Origin: the human T2T-CHM13v2.0 reference genome, Homo sapiens
DNA length: 64,000 nucleotides
Strand: one strand, 5' to 3'
Assembly: GCF_009914755.1 (NCBI RefSeq)
Contig: NC_060946.1
Of the stretch, positions 27,801 to 48,430 are shown piece after piece. How positions within the stretch are numbered: the first letter of the stretch is position 1; each line of letters opens with the position of its first letter. Position numbers and translations under genes: made by a program. Below the pieces are notes generated by a model that was not told the origin of the DNA, ran no database searches, and saw only the letters and a program-made list of their open reading frames with translations.

Positions 27801-30800
27801 GATCAGTGCAGAGATATGTCCCAATGTCCCTCTAGGCAGAGCTTAGACAAGAGTCACATCTCCTGGGTGATCAGTGCAGAGATATTTTACAATGTCCCCT
27901 GTTGGCACAGAGTGGACAAGAGTTACATAACCTAGGTGATCTGTGCAGAGTTATGTCAAAACGCCCCTGTAGGCATAGCCTAGATAAACGTTACATCACC
28001 TGGGTGATCAGTGCAGAAATACGTCACAGTACCCCCTGAAGGTGGAGCCTAGACAACATTGATATCACCTGGGTGATCAGTGCAGAGATATGTCAAAAAG
28101 CCCCTGTAGGCAGAGCCTAAACAACAGTTACATCACCTGGGTGATCAGTGCAGAAATATGACACAAAGCCCCTGTAGGCCAAGCCTAGAGAAGAGTTACA
28201 TCTCCTGGGTGATCAGTACAAAGATATGTCTGAAAGCCCCATGTAGACAAATCCCAGAAAATTGTTACATCACCTGGGTGATCAGTGGAGATATCTGTCA
28301 CAATTCCCCTTTAGGCGCAGCTTAGAGAAGCGTTATATCACATGAGTGATCAGTGCAGAGATATGTCACTATGCCCCCATAGGCAGATCCAAGAAAAGAG
28401 TCCATCACCTGGGTGATCAATGCAGAAATATGCCACAATGCCACCAGTGGGCAGATATAGACAAGAGTTACATCACCTGCGTGATCACTGCAGAGATATA
28501 TCACAATGCCCCTGTAGGCATAGCATAGAAAAGGGTCCCATCACCTGGGTGTTCAGTGCACAGTTATGTCACAATGACCCCTTTTGGCAGATCCTAGACA
28601 AGGGTTACATCACCTGGGTGATCAGTGCAGAGATGTGTCACAAGACCCCTGTAGCCAAAGCCTAGACAAGAGTTACATCAGCTGTGTGATCAGTGCAGTG
28701 ACATGTCACAATGTCCCTGTAGCCATATCCTTGACAAAAGTGACATCACCTCTGTGATCAGTGTGGAGATATGTCACAATGTTGCCAGTAGGCAGAGCCT
28801 AGACAAGAGTTAAATCACCTGGGTGATCAGGGCAGAGATATGTCACAATGTCCCCGGTAAGCCGATCCCAGACATGAGTTACATCACCTCGGTGATCAGT
28901 GCAGTGATATGTCTAAATCCACCCTGTCGGGGAAGCCTATACAAGAGTTACATCATCTCGGTGATCAGTGCAGTGATATGTTATAATGCCCATGTAAGCA
29001 GAGGCTAGACAATGGTTACTTCACCTGGGTGATCAGTGCATAGATATCTCACAATACCCCCTGTAAGTAGAGCCTAGACAAGAGTTACATCACCTGGGTG
29101 ATCAGTGCACAGATATGTCATGAATCCCACCGTAGGCAAAGCCTAGACAATTTTACATCACCTCAGTGATCAGGGCACATTTATGTCCCAATGACCCTCT
29201 AGGCAGAGCTTCGAAAAGTGTCACATCTCCTGGGTGATCCGTGCAGAGGTAAGTCAAAATGCCCTCGTAGGCAGAGCCTAGAGGAGTGTTACATAACCCG
29301 GGTGATCCGTGCAGAGTGATGTCACAACGCCCTCTGTAGGCAGAGACTACAAAAGAGTTACATCACCTGGGTGATCAGTGCAGAGATATGTCTCAATGCC
29401 CCCTGTAGGCAGAGAATAGAGAAGAGTTGCATCCCCTGGGTGATCAATGCAGAGATATGCCACAATGTCCGCTGTAGGCACAGTATAGAGAAGAGTTGCA
29501 TCACCTGGGTGATCAGTGCAGAGATATGTCATAAATAACACTGCAGGCAAAGCCTAGACAAGTTTTACATCACCTCAACGATCAGTGCAGAGATATGTCA
29601 CACTGCCCCTCTAGGCAGAGCCTAGATAAGAGTTACATAACCCGGGTGATCCGTGCAGAGTGATGTCACAATACCCCCTGTAGGCAGAGTATAGATAAGA
29701 GTTGCATCACCTGGGTGATCAGTGCAGAGATATGTCACTATGTCTTCTGCCGGCAAAGCCTAGGGAAGAGTTACAATACCTTTGTCATCATTTCAGGGAT
29801 ATGTGAAAATGCCCCTGTAGGCAGAGCCTAGACCAGAGTTACATCACCTAGTTGATCAGTGCAGAGATATTTCACAATACCCCCTTTAGGCAGATCCTAG
29901 ACAAGAGTTGAATCACCTAGGTGATCAGTGCAGAGATATTGCACAATGCCCCCTTTGGGCAGCGGGTAGACAAGAGTTACATCACCCAGGTGATCAGTGC
30001 AGAGACTTGTCAAAGTTCCCTGTAGGCAGTGCTTATAAAAGTGTTACATCACCTAAGTGATCAGTGCAGAGATATGTCACAAAGCTACTGTAGGCAAAAC
30101 TTAGATGAGCTACATCACATGCGTGATCAGTGCAAATGTATGTCACAAAGGCCCCTGTAGGCAAAGCCTAGATAATACTTACATCACTTGGGTGATCAGT
30201 GACTAGATCTCTCACATTTCCCATGTAGGCAGATCTTATACAACAGTTACATCACCTGGGTGATCAGTGCAGAGGTATGTAACAGTGCCCCCATAGGCAG
30301 ATCCAAGACAAGAGTCCGTCACCTGGGTGATCAGTGCAGAAATGTGTCACAATGCCCCCTTAGGCAGACCCTAGACAAAAGCCCCATCACCTGGATGATC
30401 AGTGCAGAGTTATGTCACAAAGTCCTTTAGGCAGATCCTAGAAAAGGGTTACATCACTTGGATGATCAGTGCAGAGATATGTCACAATGCCACTGTAGGC
30501 AGAGCCTACACAAGAGTTACATGACCTAGGTGATCAGTGCAGAGATACATCTCAATGTCCCTGTAGGCAGAGCCATGACAAGTGGTACATCACCTGGGTG
30601 ATAATTGCAGTAATATGTCACAAAGCAACCTGTAGGCAGATCCTAGAGAAGAGTTACATCACCTGGGTGATCAGTGCAGATATATGTCACAAGCCTCCTG
30701 TAGGCAGAGCCTAGACAAGGGTTATATCACCTAGGTGATCAGTGCAGTGATATGTCACGATGCCATTTAGCCAGAGCCTAGATTAAAATTACAGCACCTG

Positions 30801-32598
30801 GGAGATCATTGCAGCGATATGTCACTATGTCCCCAGTAGGCAGAGACAAGGCAAAACTTGGATCACCTCGGGATCAGTGCAGAGATATGTCTCAATCTCC
30901 CTGAGGGCACAGCCTAGAAAAGAGTTACATCACCTCGGTTAACATTGCAGAAATATGTCAAAATGCCCCTGTAGGCAGAGCCTACACAAGTGTTAAAACA
31001 CTTAGGTGATCAGTGCAGTGATATGTCACAATACCCTCTGTAAACAGAGCCTAGACAAGTGTTACATCACCTGGGTGATCAGTGCAGAGATCTCTCACAA
31101 TGCCCCTTTAGGCAGAGCTTAGACCAGAGTTCCATCACCTGCGTGATCACTACAGAGATATGTCACAGTGCCCCTGTAGGCAGAGCCTAGAAAAGAGTCC
31201 CATCACCTGGATGATCAGTGCAGAGTTATGTCACAATGCCCCCTTTTGGCAGAGCCTAGACAATGGTTACATCAGCTTTGTGTTCAGTGCTATGACATGT
31301 CACAATGTCCCTGTAGCCTTATCCTTGACAAAAGTGACATCACCTGGATGATCAGTGCGGAGATATGTCATAATGTCTCCAGTAGGCGGAGCCTAACAAG
31401 AGTTACATCACCTGGGCGATCAGGGCAGAGACATGTCACAATGCTCCCTGTAAGCAGATCCCAGTCAAGAGTTGCATCACCTCGGTGATCAGTGCAGAGA
31501 TATGTCTCAATGCCCCCTGTCGGCGAAGCCTATACAAGAGTTACATCTTCTCGGTGATCAGTGCAGTGATATGTGAAAATGCCCCTGTAGGCAGAGCCTA
31601 GACAAGAGTTACATCACCGGTGTGATCAGTGCAGAGATATCTCACAATACCCCGTGTAAGCAGAGCCTAGACAAGAGTTACATCACCTGGGTGATCAGTG
31701 CAGAGATATGTCATAAATCCCACTGTAGGCAAAGCCTAGACAAGTTTTACATCACCTCAGCGAACAAGCAGAGATATGTCCCAATGTCCCTCTAGGCAGA
31801 GCTTAGACAAGAGTCACATCTCCTGGGTGATCAGTGCAGAGATAAGTCACAATGCCCCCATAGGCAGAGCCTAGACAAGAGTTACATAACCCGGGTGATC
31901 CGTGCAGAGTGATGTCACAACGCCCTCTGAAGACAGAGACTTGAAAAGAGTTATATCACCTGGGTGATCAGTGCAGAGATATGTCACAATGCCTCCTGTA
32001 GGCAGAGCATAGAGAAGAGTTACATCACCAGGGTGATCAATGCAGAGATATGTCACAATGTCCCCTGTAGGCAAAGCCTATGCCAGAGTTACATCACCTT
32101 TGTCATCAGTTCAGGAATATGTGAAAACGCCCCTGTAGGCAGAGCCTAGACACTAGTTACATCACCTAGTTGATCAGTGCAGAGATATTTCACAATAACT
32201 CCTGAAGGCAGATCCTAGACAAGAGTTGCATCACCTGGATGATCAGTGCAGAGATATTTCACAATACCCCCTTTGGGCAGAGGGTAGACAGCAGTTACAC
32301 CACCTAGGTGATCAGTGCAGAGATTTGTCAAAATTCCCTGTAGGCAGTGCTTATAAAAGTGTTACATCACCTAAGTGATCAGTGCAGAGATATGTCACAA
32401 AGCTCATGTAGGCAGAGCTTAGATGAGTTACGTCACCTAGGTGATCAGTGCAAAGGTATGTCAAAAAGCCCCCTGTAGGCAAAGCCTAGACAATAGTTAC
32501 ATCACTTGGGTGACCAGTGGCGAGATCTCTGAAAATTCCCCTATAGGCAGCGCGTAGACAAGTCTTACATCACTTTGTTGATTAGTTCAGAGATGTGT
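21876..32598 (+). repeat. Beta satellite array B2
   Basis: 68-bp tandem monomers. Confidence 0.97.
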
Positions 32599-35363
<2,765 letters not shown>

Positions 35364-38300
35364 GCTCTTTAGTCAGAGACTGGAGAATAGTTACATCTCC
35401 TGGATGATCAGTTCAGATATATGTCACAATGTCCCCTCCCTGCGGAGCCTAGAGAAGATTTGCATCATTTGGGTGGTCAGTGCAGAGATATATCACAATG
35501 TCCCCTGTACAAAAGGCCTGGAAATGATTTACATCACCTCGGTGATAGGTATGTCAGAAATCCCCAGTAGGCTGATCCTAGACAAGGGTTACTTCACTTA
35601 GGTGATCAGTGTAGAGATATGTGAAAATTCCCGTGTAGACAGAGCTTAGACAAGTGTTACATCACCTAGTGATCAGTGCAGGGATAAGTCATAAAGCCTC
35701 CTGTAGGCAGAGTGTAGACAAGTGTTTCCTCCCTGGGGTGATCAGTGCAGAGATATGTCCCAAAGCCCCTGTAAGCAGAACCTTGACAAGGGTTACATCA
35801 CCTGTTTGACCAGTGGAAATGTATATCACAAAGCCCCCTGTAGGCAAAGCCCAGAAAATTGTTACATCACCTGGGTGAGCAGTGGAGAGATCTGTCACAA
35901 TGTCCCTGTAGGCAGAGCTTAGACAAGGGTTACATCACCTGGGTGATAAGGGCAAAGATATGTCAAAATGCTCCTGTAGGCTGAACCTAGACAGGAGTTA
36001 CATCACACAGGTGATCAGCGCAGATATATGTGAGAATTCCCGCGTAAGCAGAGCCTAGATAAGTGTTACATCAACTAGGTTATCAGTGCAGGCAAAGGTA
36101 TGTCACAAAGCCCCATGTACACAAAGCCTAGACAATAGTCACATCACTTGGGTTATAAGTGGCGAGATCTCTCACAATTCCCCTGTAGGCAGAGCTTACA
36201 CAACAGTTACATCACCTGGGTGATCAGTGCAGAGATATGTCACAATGTCCCCTGTAGGCAAAGCCTAGGCAAGAGTTACATCACCTTTGTCATCAATTCA
36301 GGGATATATGAAAACGCACCTGTAGGCAGAGCCTAGACAAGAGTTACATCACCTAGTTGATAAGTTCAGAGTTATTTCCCAATATCCTCTGTAGGCAGAT
36401 CCTAGACAAGAGTTGAATCACCTGGGTGATCAGTGCAGAGGTATTTCACAATGCCCAATTTGGGCAGAAGGTAGACAAGAGTAACATCATCTAGGTGATC
36501 AGTACAGAGATTTGTCAAAATTCCCTGTAGGCAGTACTTATAAATGTGTTACATCACCTAAGTGATCAGTGCAGAGATATGTCACAAAGCTCCTGTAGGA
36601 AGAACTTAGATGAGTTACATCACCTGGGTGGTCAGTGGAAAGTTATATCACAAAGCCCCCTCTAGGAAAAGCCTAGACAATAGTTACATCACTTGGGTGA
36701 TCAGTGGTGAGATCTCTTACAATTCCCCTGTCGGAAGAGCTTATATAACAGTTACATCACCTAGGTGATCAGTGCGGAGATATGTCACAATGGCCCCATA
36801 GGCAGATCTAAGACAAGAGTCCGTCACCTGGGTGATCAGTGCAGAAATGTCACAATGCCCCCTTAGGCAGAGCCTAGACAAAAGCCCCATCACCTGGATG
36901 ATCAGTGCAGAGTTATGTCACAAAGTCCCTTTAGGCAGATCCTAGACAAGGGTTACATCACTTGGATGATCAGTGCAGAGATATGTCACAATGCTACTGT
37001 AGGCAGAGCCTAGACAAGAGTTACATGACCAAGGTGATCAATGCAGAGATACATCGCAATGTCCCTGTAGGCAGAGCCTTGACAAGTGGTACAACACCTG
37101 GGTAATCATTGCAGGGATGTGTCACAAAGCACCCTGTAGGCAGATCCTAGAAAAGTGTTACATCACCTGGGTGATCAGTGCAGAGATATGCCACAATGCC
37201 ACTGTAGGCAGAGCCTAGACAAGAGTTACATGACCTAGGTGATCAGTGCAGAGACACATCGCAATGCCCCTGTAGGCAGAGCCTTCATAATGTTATATCA
37301 CCTGGGTGATCACTGCAGGGATATATCACAAAGTACCATGTAGGCAGTTACTAGAGAAGAGTTATATCAGCTGGGTGATCATTGAAGAGATATGTCGCAA
37401 GCCCCCTGTATGGAGAGCCTAGGCAAGAGTTATATCACCTGGGTGATCAGTGCAGTGATATGTCACCATGCCGTGAAGCCAGAGCCTAGACTAACGTTAC
37501 AGAACCTGGGAGATCAGTGCAGAGATATGTCACAATGTCCCCAGTAGGCAGAGACAAGTCAAGAGTTTGATCACCTCGGGATCAGTGCAGAGATATGTCT
37601 CAATCCCCCTGTGGGCACAGCCTAGACAAGTGTTACATCACCTCGGTTAACAGTGCAGAGATATGTCAAAATGCCCCTGTAGGCAGAGCATACACAAGTG
37701 TTACATCACTTAGGTGATCAGTGCAGAGATATGTCACAATACACCTTGTAAGCAGAGCCTAGACAAGAGTAACATCACCTGGGTGATCAGTGAATTGATA
37801 TGTGGCAAGGCCCCTTTAAGTAGATCCTAGATAATAGTTACATCACCTGAGTGATCAGTGCAGAGATGTGTCACAATGCCCCTTTAGGCAGAGCTTAGAC
37901 CAGAGTTACATCACCTGGGTGATCAGTGGAGAGATATGTCACAATGCCCCCATAGGCAAATCCAAGACAACCGTCCATCACCTGGGTGATCAGTGAAGAA
38001 ATATGTGACAATGCCCCCAGTAGGAAGAGCCTAGAGAAGAGTCCCATCACCTGGGTGATCAGTGCAGAGATATTTCACAATGCCCCTGCATTCAGAGTAT
38101 AAGCAAGACTTACATCACGTAGATGATCAGTGTAGAGATATGTCACAAGTTCCCCTATAGGCAGAGCCTGGACAAGAGTTACATCACGTCGGTGATGAAT
38201 GCAGTGATATGTCACTATGCCCCTTAGGCAGAGCATAGTCAAGAGTTACATCACCTGGGTGATCAGTGCAGAGTTATGTCACAAAGCCCCCTTACACAGA

Positions 38301-38551
38301 GCCTAGACAAGAGTCCCTTCACCCCGGTGATCAGTGCAGAAATATGTCAAAATGCCCCCATAGGCAGATCCAACACAAGAGTTGTATCACCTGGGTGATC
38401 AGTGTAGAGATTTTTCACAATGCCCCCATAGGCAGAGCCTAGACAAAAGTTCCATCTCCTGAGTGATCAGCGCAGAGATATGTCACAAAGCCCCTGTAGG
38501 CAGAGCCTAGACAAGAGTTATATCACTTTGTTGAGCAGTTCAGAGATGTGT
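35364..38551 (+). repeat. Beta satellite array B3
   Basis: 68-bp tandem monomers. Confidence 0.97.
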
Positions 38552-41130
<2,579 letters not shown>

Positions 41131-44100
41131 GCCCCCATAGGCAGATCCAAGACAAGAGTCCATCACCTGGATGATCAGTGCAGAAATATGCCACAATGCC
41201 GCCAGTAGGCAGATATAGACAAGAGTTACATCACCTGCGTGATCACTGCAGAGATAAGTCACAATGCCCCTGTAGGCAGAGCCTAGAAAAGAGTTACATC
41301 ACCTAGGTGATCAGTGCAGAGATTTGTCAAAATTTGTGGAGGCAGTGCTTATAAAAGTGTTACATCACCTAAGAGAGCAGTGCAGAGATATGTCACAAAG
41401 CTCCTGTAGGAAGAACTTAGATGAGTTACATCACCTGGGTGATCAGTGCAAATGTATGTCACAAAGCCCCTTTAGGCAAAGCCGGGACAATAGTTACATC
41501 AATTGAGTGATCAGTGGTGAGATCTCTCACAATTCCCCTGTAGGCAGAGCTTATACAACAGTTACATCACCTGGGTGATCAGTGCAGAGATATGTCACAA
41601 TGCACCCTTAGGCAGAGCCTAGACCAAAGCCCCATCACCTGGATGATCAGTGCAGAGTTATGTCACAAAGTCCATTTACGCAGATTCTAGACAAGTGATA
41701 CAACACTTGGATGATCAGTGCAGAGATATGTCACAAAGCCACTCTTGGCAGAGCCTAGACAAGAGTTACATGACCTAGGTGATCAATGCAGAGATACATC
41801 GCAATGTCCCTGTAGGCAGAGCCTTGACAAGTGGTACATCACCTGGGTGATCATTGCAGGGATATGTCACAAAGCACCCTGTAAGCAGATCCCAGAAAAG
41901 AGTTACATCACCTGGGTGATCAGTGCAGAGATATGTCACAATGCCACTGTAGGCAGAGCCTAGACAAGAGTCCCATCACCTGGGTGATCAGTGCAGGGAT
42001 ATGTCACAAAGCACCCTGTATTCAGATCCTAGAGAAGAGTTATATCACCTGGGTTATCAGTGCAGAAATATGTCACAAGCCCCCTTTAGGCAGTGCCTAG
42101 ACAAGAGTTATATCACCTGGGTGATCAGTGCAGTGATATGTCACAATGACTGTAGCCAGAGCCTAGACTAAAGTTACAGTAACTGGTAAATCAGTGCAGA
42201 GATATGTCACAATGTCCTCAGTAGGCAGAGACCAGGCAAGAGTTGGATCACCTCGGGATCAGTGCAGAGGTATGTCTCAATCCCCCTGTGGGCACAGCCT
42301 AGACAATAGTTACATCACCTCGGTTAACAGTTATGAGATATGTCAAAATGCCGCTGTAGGCACAGCCTACACAAGTGTTACAACACTTAGGTGATCAGTG
42401 CAAAGATATGTCACAATACCCCCTGTAAGCAGAGACTAGACAAGAGTCACATCACCTGGGTGATCAGTGCAGAGATATGTGACAAGGCCCCTTTAAGCAG
42501 GGCCTAGACAATAGTTACATCACCTGAGTGATGAGTGCAGAGATCTGTCAAAATGCCCCTCTAGGCAGAGCTTAGACCAGAGTTACATCACCTGGGTGAT
42601 CAGTGAAGAGAAATGTCACAATGCCCCCATAGGCAAATCCAAAACAAGAGTCCGTCACCTGGGTGATCAGTGCAGAAATATGTGACAATGCCCCCAGTAG
42701 GCAGAACCTAGAGAAGAGTCCCATCACATGCGTAATCAGTGCAGAGATATTTCACAATTCCCCTGCAGGCAGAGTGAAAGCAAGAGTTACATCACCTAGG
42801 TGATCAATGCAGAGAAATGTCACAAGGCCCCCTATAGGCAGAGCCTGGACAAGAGTTTCATCACCTCAGTGATCAATACAGTGATATGACACTATGCACC
42901 ATAGGCAGAGCCTAGTCAAGCATTACATCACCTGGGTGATCAGTGCAGAGATATGTCACAATGACGTCTAGCCGGAACCTAGACTAAAGTTACAGCACCT
43001 GGGAGATCAGTGCAGAGATATGTCACAATGTCCCCAGTAGGCAGAGACCAGGCAAGAGTTGGATCACCTCAGGATGAGTGCAGAGATATGTCTCAATCCC
43101 CCTGTGGGCACAGCCTAGACAAGAGTTACATCACCTCGGTTAAACAGCACAGAGATATGTCAAAATGCCCTTGTAGGCAGAGCCTGCACAAGTGTTACAT
43201 CACTTAGGTGATCAGTGCAGATATATGTCACAATACCCCCTGTAAGCAGAACCTAGACCAGAGTTACATCACCTGGGTAATCAATGCAGAGATATGTGAG
43301 AATTCTCGTGTAGGCAGAGCCTAGACAAGTGTTACATCACCTAGGTTATCAGAGCAGTTATTAGTCATAAAGCCTCCTGTAGGCAGAGCATAGACAAGAG
43401 TTTCCTCCCCAGGGTGATCAGTGCAGAGATGTGTCACAAAGCCTCCGTAGGCAGAGCCTAGACAAGAGTTTCATCACTTGGTTGATCAGTTCAGAGATGT
43501 GTCACAATGTCCATGTAGGCAGATCTAAGTCAACAGTCCATCACCTCGGTGATCAGTGCAGAGATATGTACCAATGTCCCCTGTAGGCAGTGCCTAGACA
43601 AGAGTTTCATCACCTCAGAGATCAGTGCATAGATATGTCACAAAGCCTTCTGTAGGCAAAGCCCATACAATGCTTACATCACCTAGGTGGTCAGTGCAGT
43701 GATATGTCACAGAAATCCCTGTAGACAGAGCCTAGACAAGAGTTACATCACCTGGGTGATCAGTGCAGATATTTGACACAATGCCCCCATACACAGAGCC
43801 TAGACAAGACTTCCATCACCTGGGTGGTCACTGCTGAGATATTTCACAGATCCCCCTCTAGGCAGATTATAGAGAATGGTCCCATCACCTGGGTGATCAG
43901 TGCAGAGATATTTCACAATGCCCCCTGTAGGCAGAGAGTGGACAAGAGTTACATAACGTAGTTGATCTGTACAGAGCTATGTCAAAACGCCCCTATAGGT
44001 AGAGCCTAGATAAATGTTACATCACCTGGGTGATCAGGGCAGAGATTCGTTACAATACCTCCTGTAGGTGGGGCCTAGACCAGAGATACATCAAATGGGT

Positions 44101-45591
44101 GATCAGTGCAGAAATATGTCACAAAGTCCCTGTAGACCGATACTAGACAAGAGTTACATCTCCTGGGTTATCAGTGCAAAGATATGTCACAAAGCCCCCT
44201 GTAGACAAATCCCAGAAAATTGTTACATCACCTGGGTGATCAGTGGAGATAACTGTCACAATTCCCCTTTAGGCGCAGCTTAGACAAGCGTTGCATCACA
44301 TGAGTGATCAGTGCAGAGATATGTCACTATGCTCCCACTGGCAGATCCAAGACAAGAGTCCATCAGCTGGGTGATCAGTGCAGAAAAATGCCCCAATGCC
44401 GCCAGTAGGCAGATTAGGACAAGAGTTACATCACCTGCGTGATCACTGCAGAGATATGTCACAATGCCCCTGTAGGCAGAGCCTAGTCAAGAGTCCCATC
44501 ACCTGGGTGATCAGTGCAGAGTTATGTCACAATGCCCCCTTTTGGCAGAGCCTAGACAAGGGTTACATCACCTGGGTGATCAGTGCAGAGATGTGTCACA
44601 AGCCCCGTGTAGCAAGAACATAGACAACACTTACATCAGCTGTGTGATCAGTGCAGTGACTTGTAACAATGTCCCTGTAGCCATATCCTTGACAAAAGTG
44701 ACTTCACCTGGGTGATCAGTGCGGATATATGTCGCAATGCCCCCATAGGCAGATGCAAGGCAAGAATCCATCACCTGGGTGATCTGTGCAGAAATATGTC
44801 ACAATGCCCCCTTAGGCAGAGCCTAGAAAAAAACCTCATCACCTGGATGATCAGTGCAGAGTTATGTCACAAAGTCCCTTTAGGCAGAACCTAGACAAGG
44901 GTTACATCACTTGGATGATCAGTGCAGAGATATGTCACAATGCCACTGTAGGCAGAACCTGTCATAAGTCCCTTTAGGCAGATCCTAGACAAGGGTTACA
45001 TCACTTGGATGATCAGTGCAGAGATATGTCACAATGCCACTGTAGGCAGAGCCTAGACAAGGGTTACATGACCTAGGTGATCAGTGCCAGAGATACATCG
45101 CAATGTCCCTGTAGGCAGAGCCTTGACAAGTGGTACATCACCAGGCAAGAGTTGGATCACCACGGGATCAGTGCAGAGATATGTCTCAATCCCCCTGTGG
45201 GCACAGTCTAGACAAGAGTTACTTCACCCCGGTTAACATGCAGAGATATGTCAAAATGCCCCTGTAGGCAGAGCCTACACAAGTGTTACATCACATAGAT
45301 GATCAGTGCAGAGATATGTCACAAAGCCCCCATGCACCGAGGCTAGACAAGAGTCTCATTACCTGGGTGATCAGTGCAGAAATATGTCACAATGCCCCCA
45401 TTGGCAGATCCAACACAAGACTTACATCACCTGGGTGATCACTGTGGAGATATGTCACAATTCCCCCATAGGCAGAGCCTAGACAAAAGTCCCATCACCT
45501 GGGTGATCACGGAAGACATATGTCACAAAGCCCCTGTAGGCAGAGCCTAGAGAAGTGTTACATCACTTTGGTGATCAGTTCAGAGATGTGT
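41131..45591 (+). repeat. Beta satellite array B4
   Basis: 68-bp tandem monomers. Confidence 0.97.
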
Positions 45592-46208
45592 CATGCTGTC
45601 GGTTTGCTCCCGGAGCTCTACGGGCACACGGAAACATGCAGGGAAGGGTGGAAGACCAGCATGGTGCCTACGCTCTCCTTGCCAGTTTCCCAACCGGCCA
45701 CACTGCAGACTCCCCATGTTGTCGCACACGGGAATCCATCGTCATGCCATCACGCCGGGGAGGCATCTTCTCTCTGGGGTCTCGCTCTGGTCTCCTACGT
45801 GGAAATGAAATAGAGCCACACCCCTGCGCGTGTGAGACTGTCACGGCAACAGCGACACCCACAGGCACTGACTCCTTCATGGAGAGAGGGCCTGGAACAC
45901 TCAAGACTCCCACGGAGGGTCAGTGCCACATTCCCCTCCTCCCACCCACGCCGGTTTCTCCCTGCTGAAGACGCGTGGGAGCCCAGAGAACGGCTTCCAG
46001 TTCCCGCGGGATTCCTGGCGAGGTCCGGAGAGCCAGCCCCCGAAACGCGCCCCCCTCACCCCTTCCCCCTCACCCCCTTCCTCTTCGTCTCTCCGGCCCC
46101 ACTGCCGCCATCACCACACCCTCCCCCACCACCCCACCACTCCACGGCCGCAGGCCCCGATGCCCTGGGACCCTTCCGGTGTGGGGCAGGCTGTCCCAGG
46201 GCTCACCG

Positions 46209-46253
46209 CCATTCATGAAGGGGCGGAGCCTGCCTGCCTGCGGGGCTGTATAA
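46209..46253 (+). promoter_or_regulatory. DBE-like element with consensus GC box (GGGGCGGAG) and TATAA
   Basis: CCATTCATGAAGGGGCGGAGCCTGCCT; TATAA at 46249-46253. Confidence 0.7.
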
Positions 46254-46356
46254 GAGCCGCTGGCTGGCTGTCCCGGCAGGCCCCCTGGCTGCACCTGCCA
46301 CAGTGCAGAGGCCGGCTGAGGTGCACGGGAGCCTTCCGTCCTCTCTCTGCCTGTGA

Positions 46357-47653
<1,297 letters not shown>

Positions 47654-48212
47654 TACACGGGGTTGGGACCGGGTCGGGTCCGTGCAGGGCGGTGGCCTCT
47701 CTTTCGCGGGGAACACCTGCCTGGCTATGGAGGGGCGTGTCTTCCCCCCGCCCCGTCCACCGGGCTGACCGGCCTGGGATTCCTGCCTTCCAGGTCTAGG
47801 CCCAGTGAGAGGCTCCGCACAGTGGAGAACTGCCGTTCTTTCCTGGGCATACCGGGGATCCCAGAGGCGGCCAAGGTACCAGCAGGTGGGCCACCTACTG
47901 CGCACACACAGGTTTGCGGGCAGCCGCCTGTGCTGTGGGAGCAGCCCAGGCAGAGCTCTCATGCCTGTCCACCAACACCACCGCCTGACCAACCCCAACC
48001 CACCCCCACCCCACATCCCTGGAAAATGCATCCTCCCCTTGGCTGGGTGGAGACCCCAGTCCCGCGATACACCAGGCCCGTACAGCGTCTAGGCCTGACA
48101 CCCCTCCGGGGGCTCGCCTCCTCTGAGCCTCTGCACCACTGTCGCCTGCCCGCCCGTGCCCCTGCAGCCACCCAGCTGCCACCATGGAGCGCCTGGTGAT
48201 GGAACGCAGACC

Positions 48213-48430
48213 TCTAGCTCTCCTTGCCGGACTCCTGGCTAGACCTGTGCTCATTGCGCACCCCGGCTGACGTACAAGGGAGTCCGCTGGCCTCTCTGTG
48301 CCCTTGTCCATCAGTGAAATTCCGGCTGAGGCTCTCCCAACACCTTCTGACGCTCTTTAGTCAAAGCCTGGAGAATAGTTACATCTCCTGGAAGATCAGT
48401 TCAGAAATATGTCACAATGCCCACTCAGTG
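48213..48430 (+). other. pLAM / exon-3-like segment without ATTAAA
   Basis: GGCTAG|ACCTG at 48242; GTCACA at 48411-48416. Confidence 0.85.
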
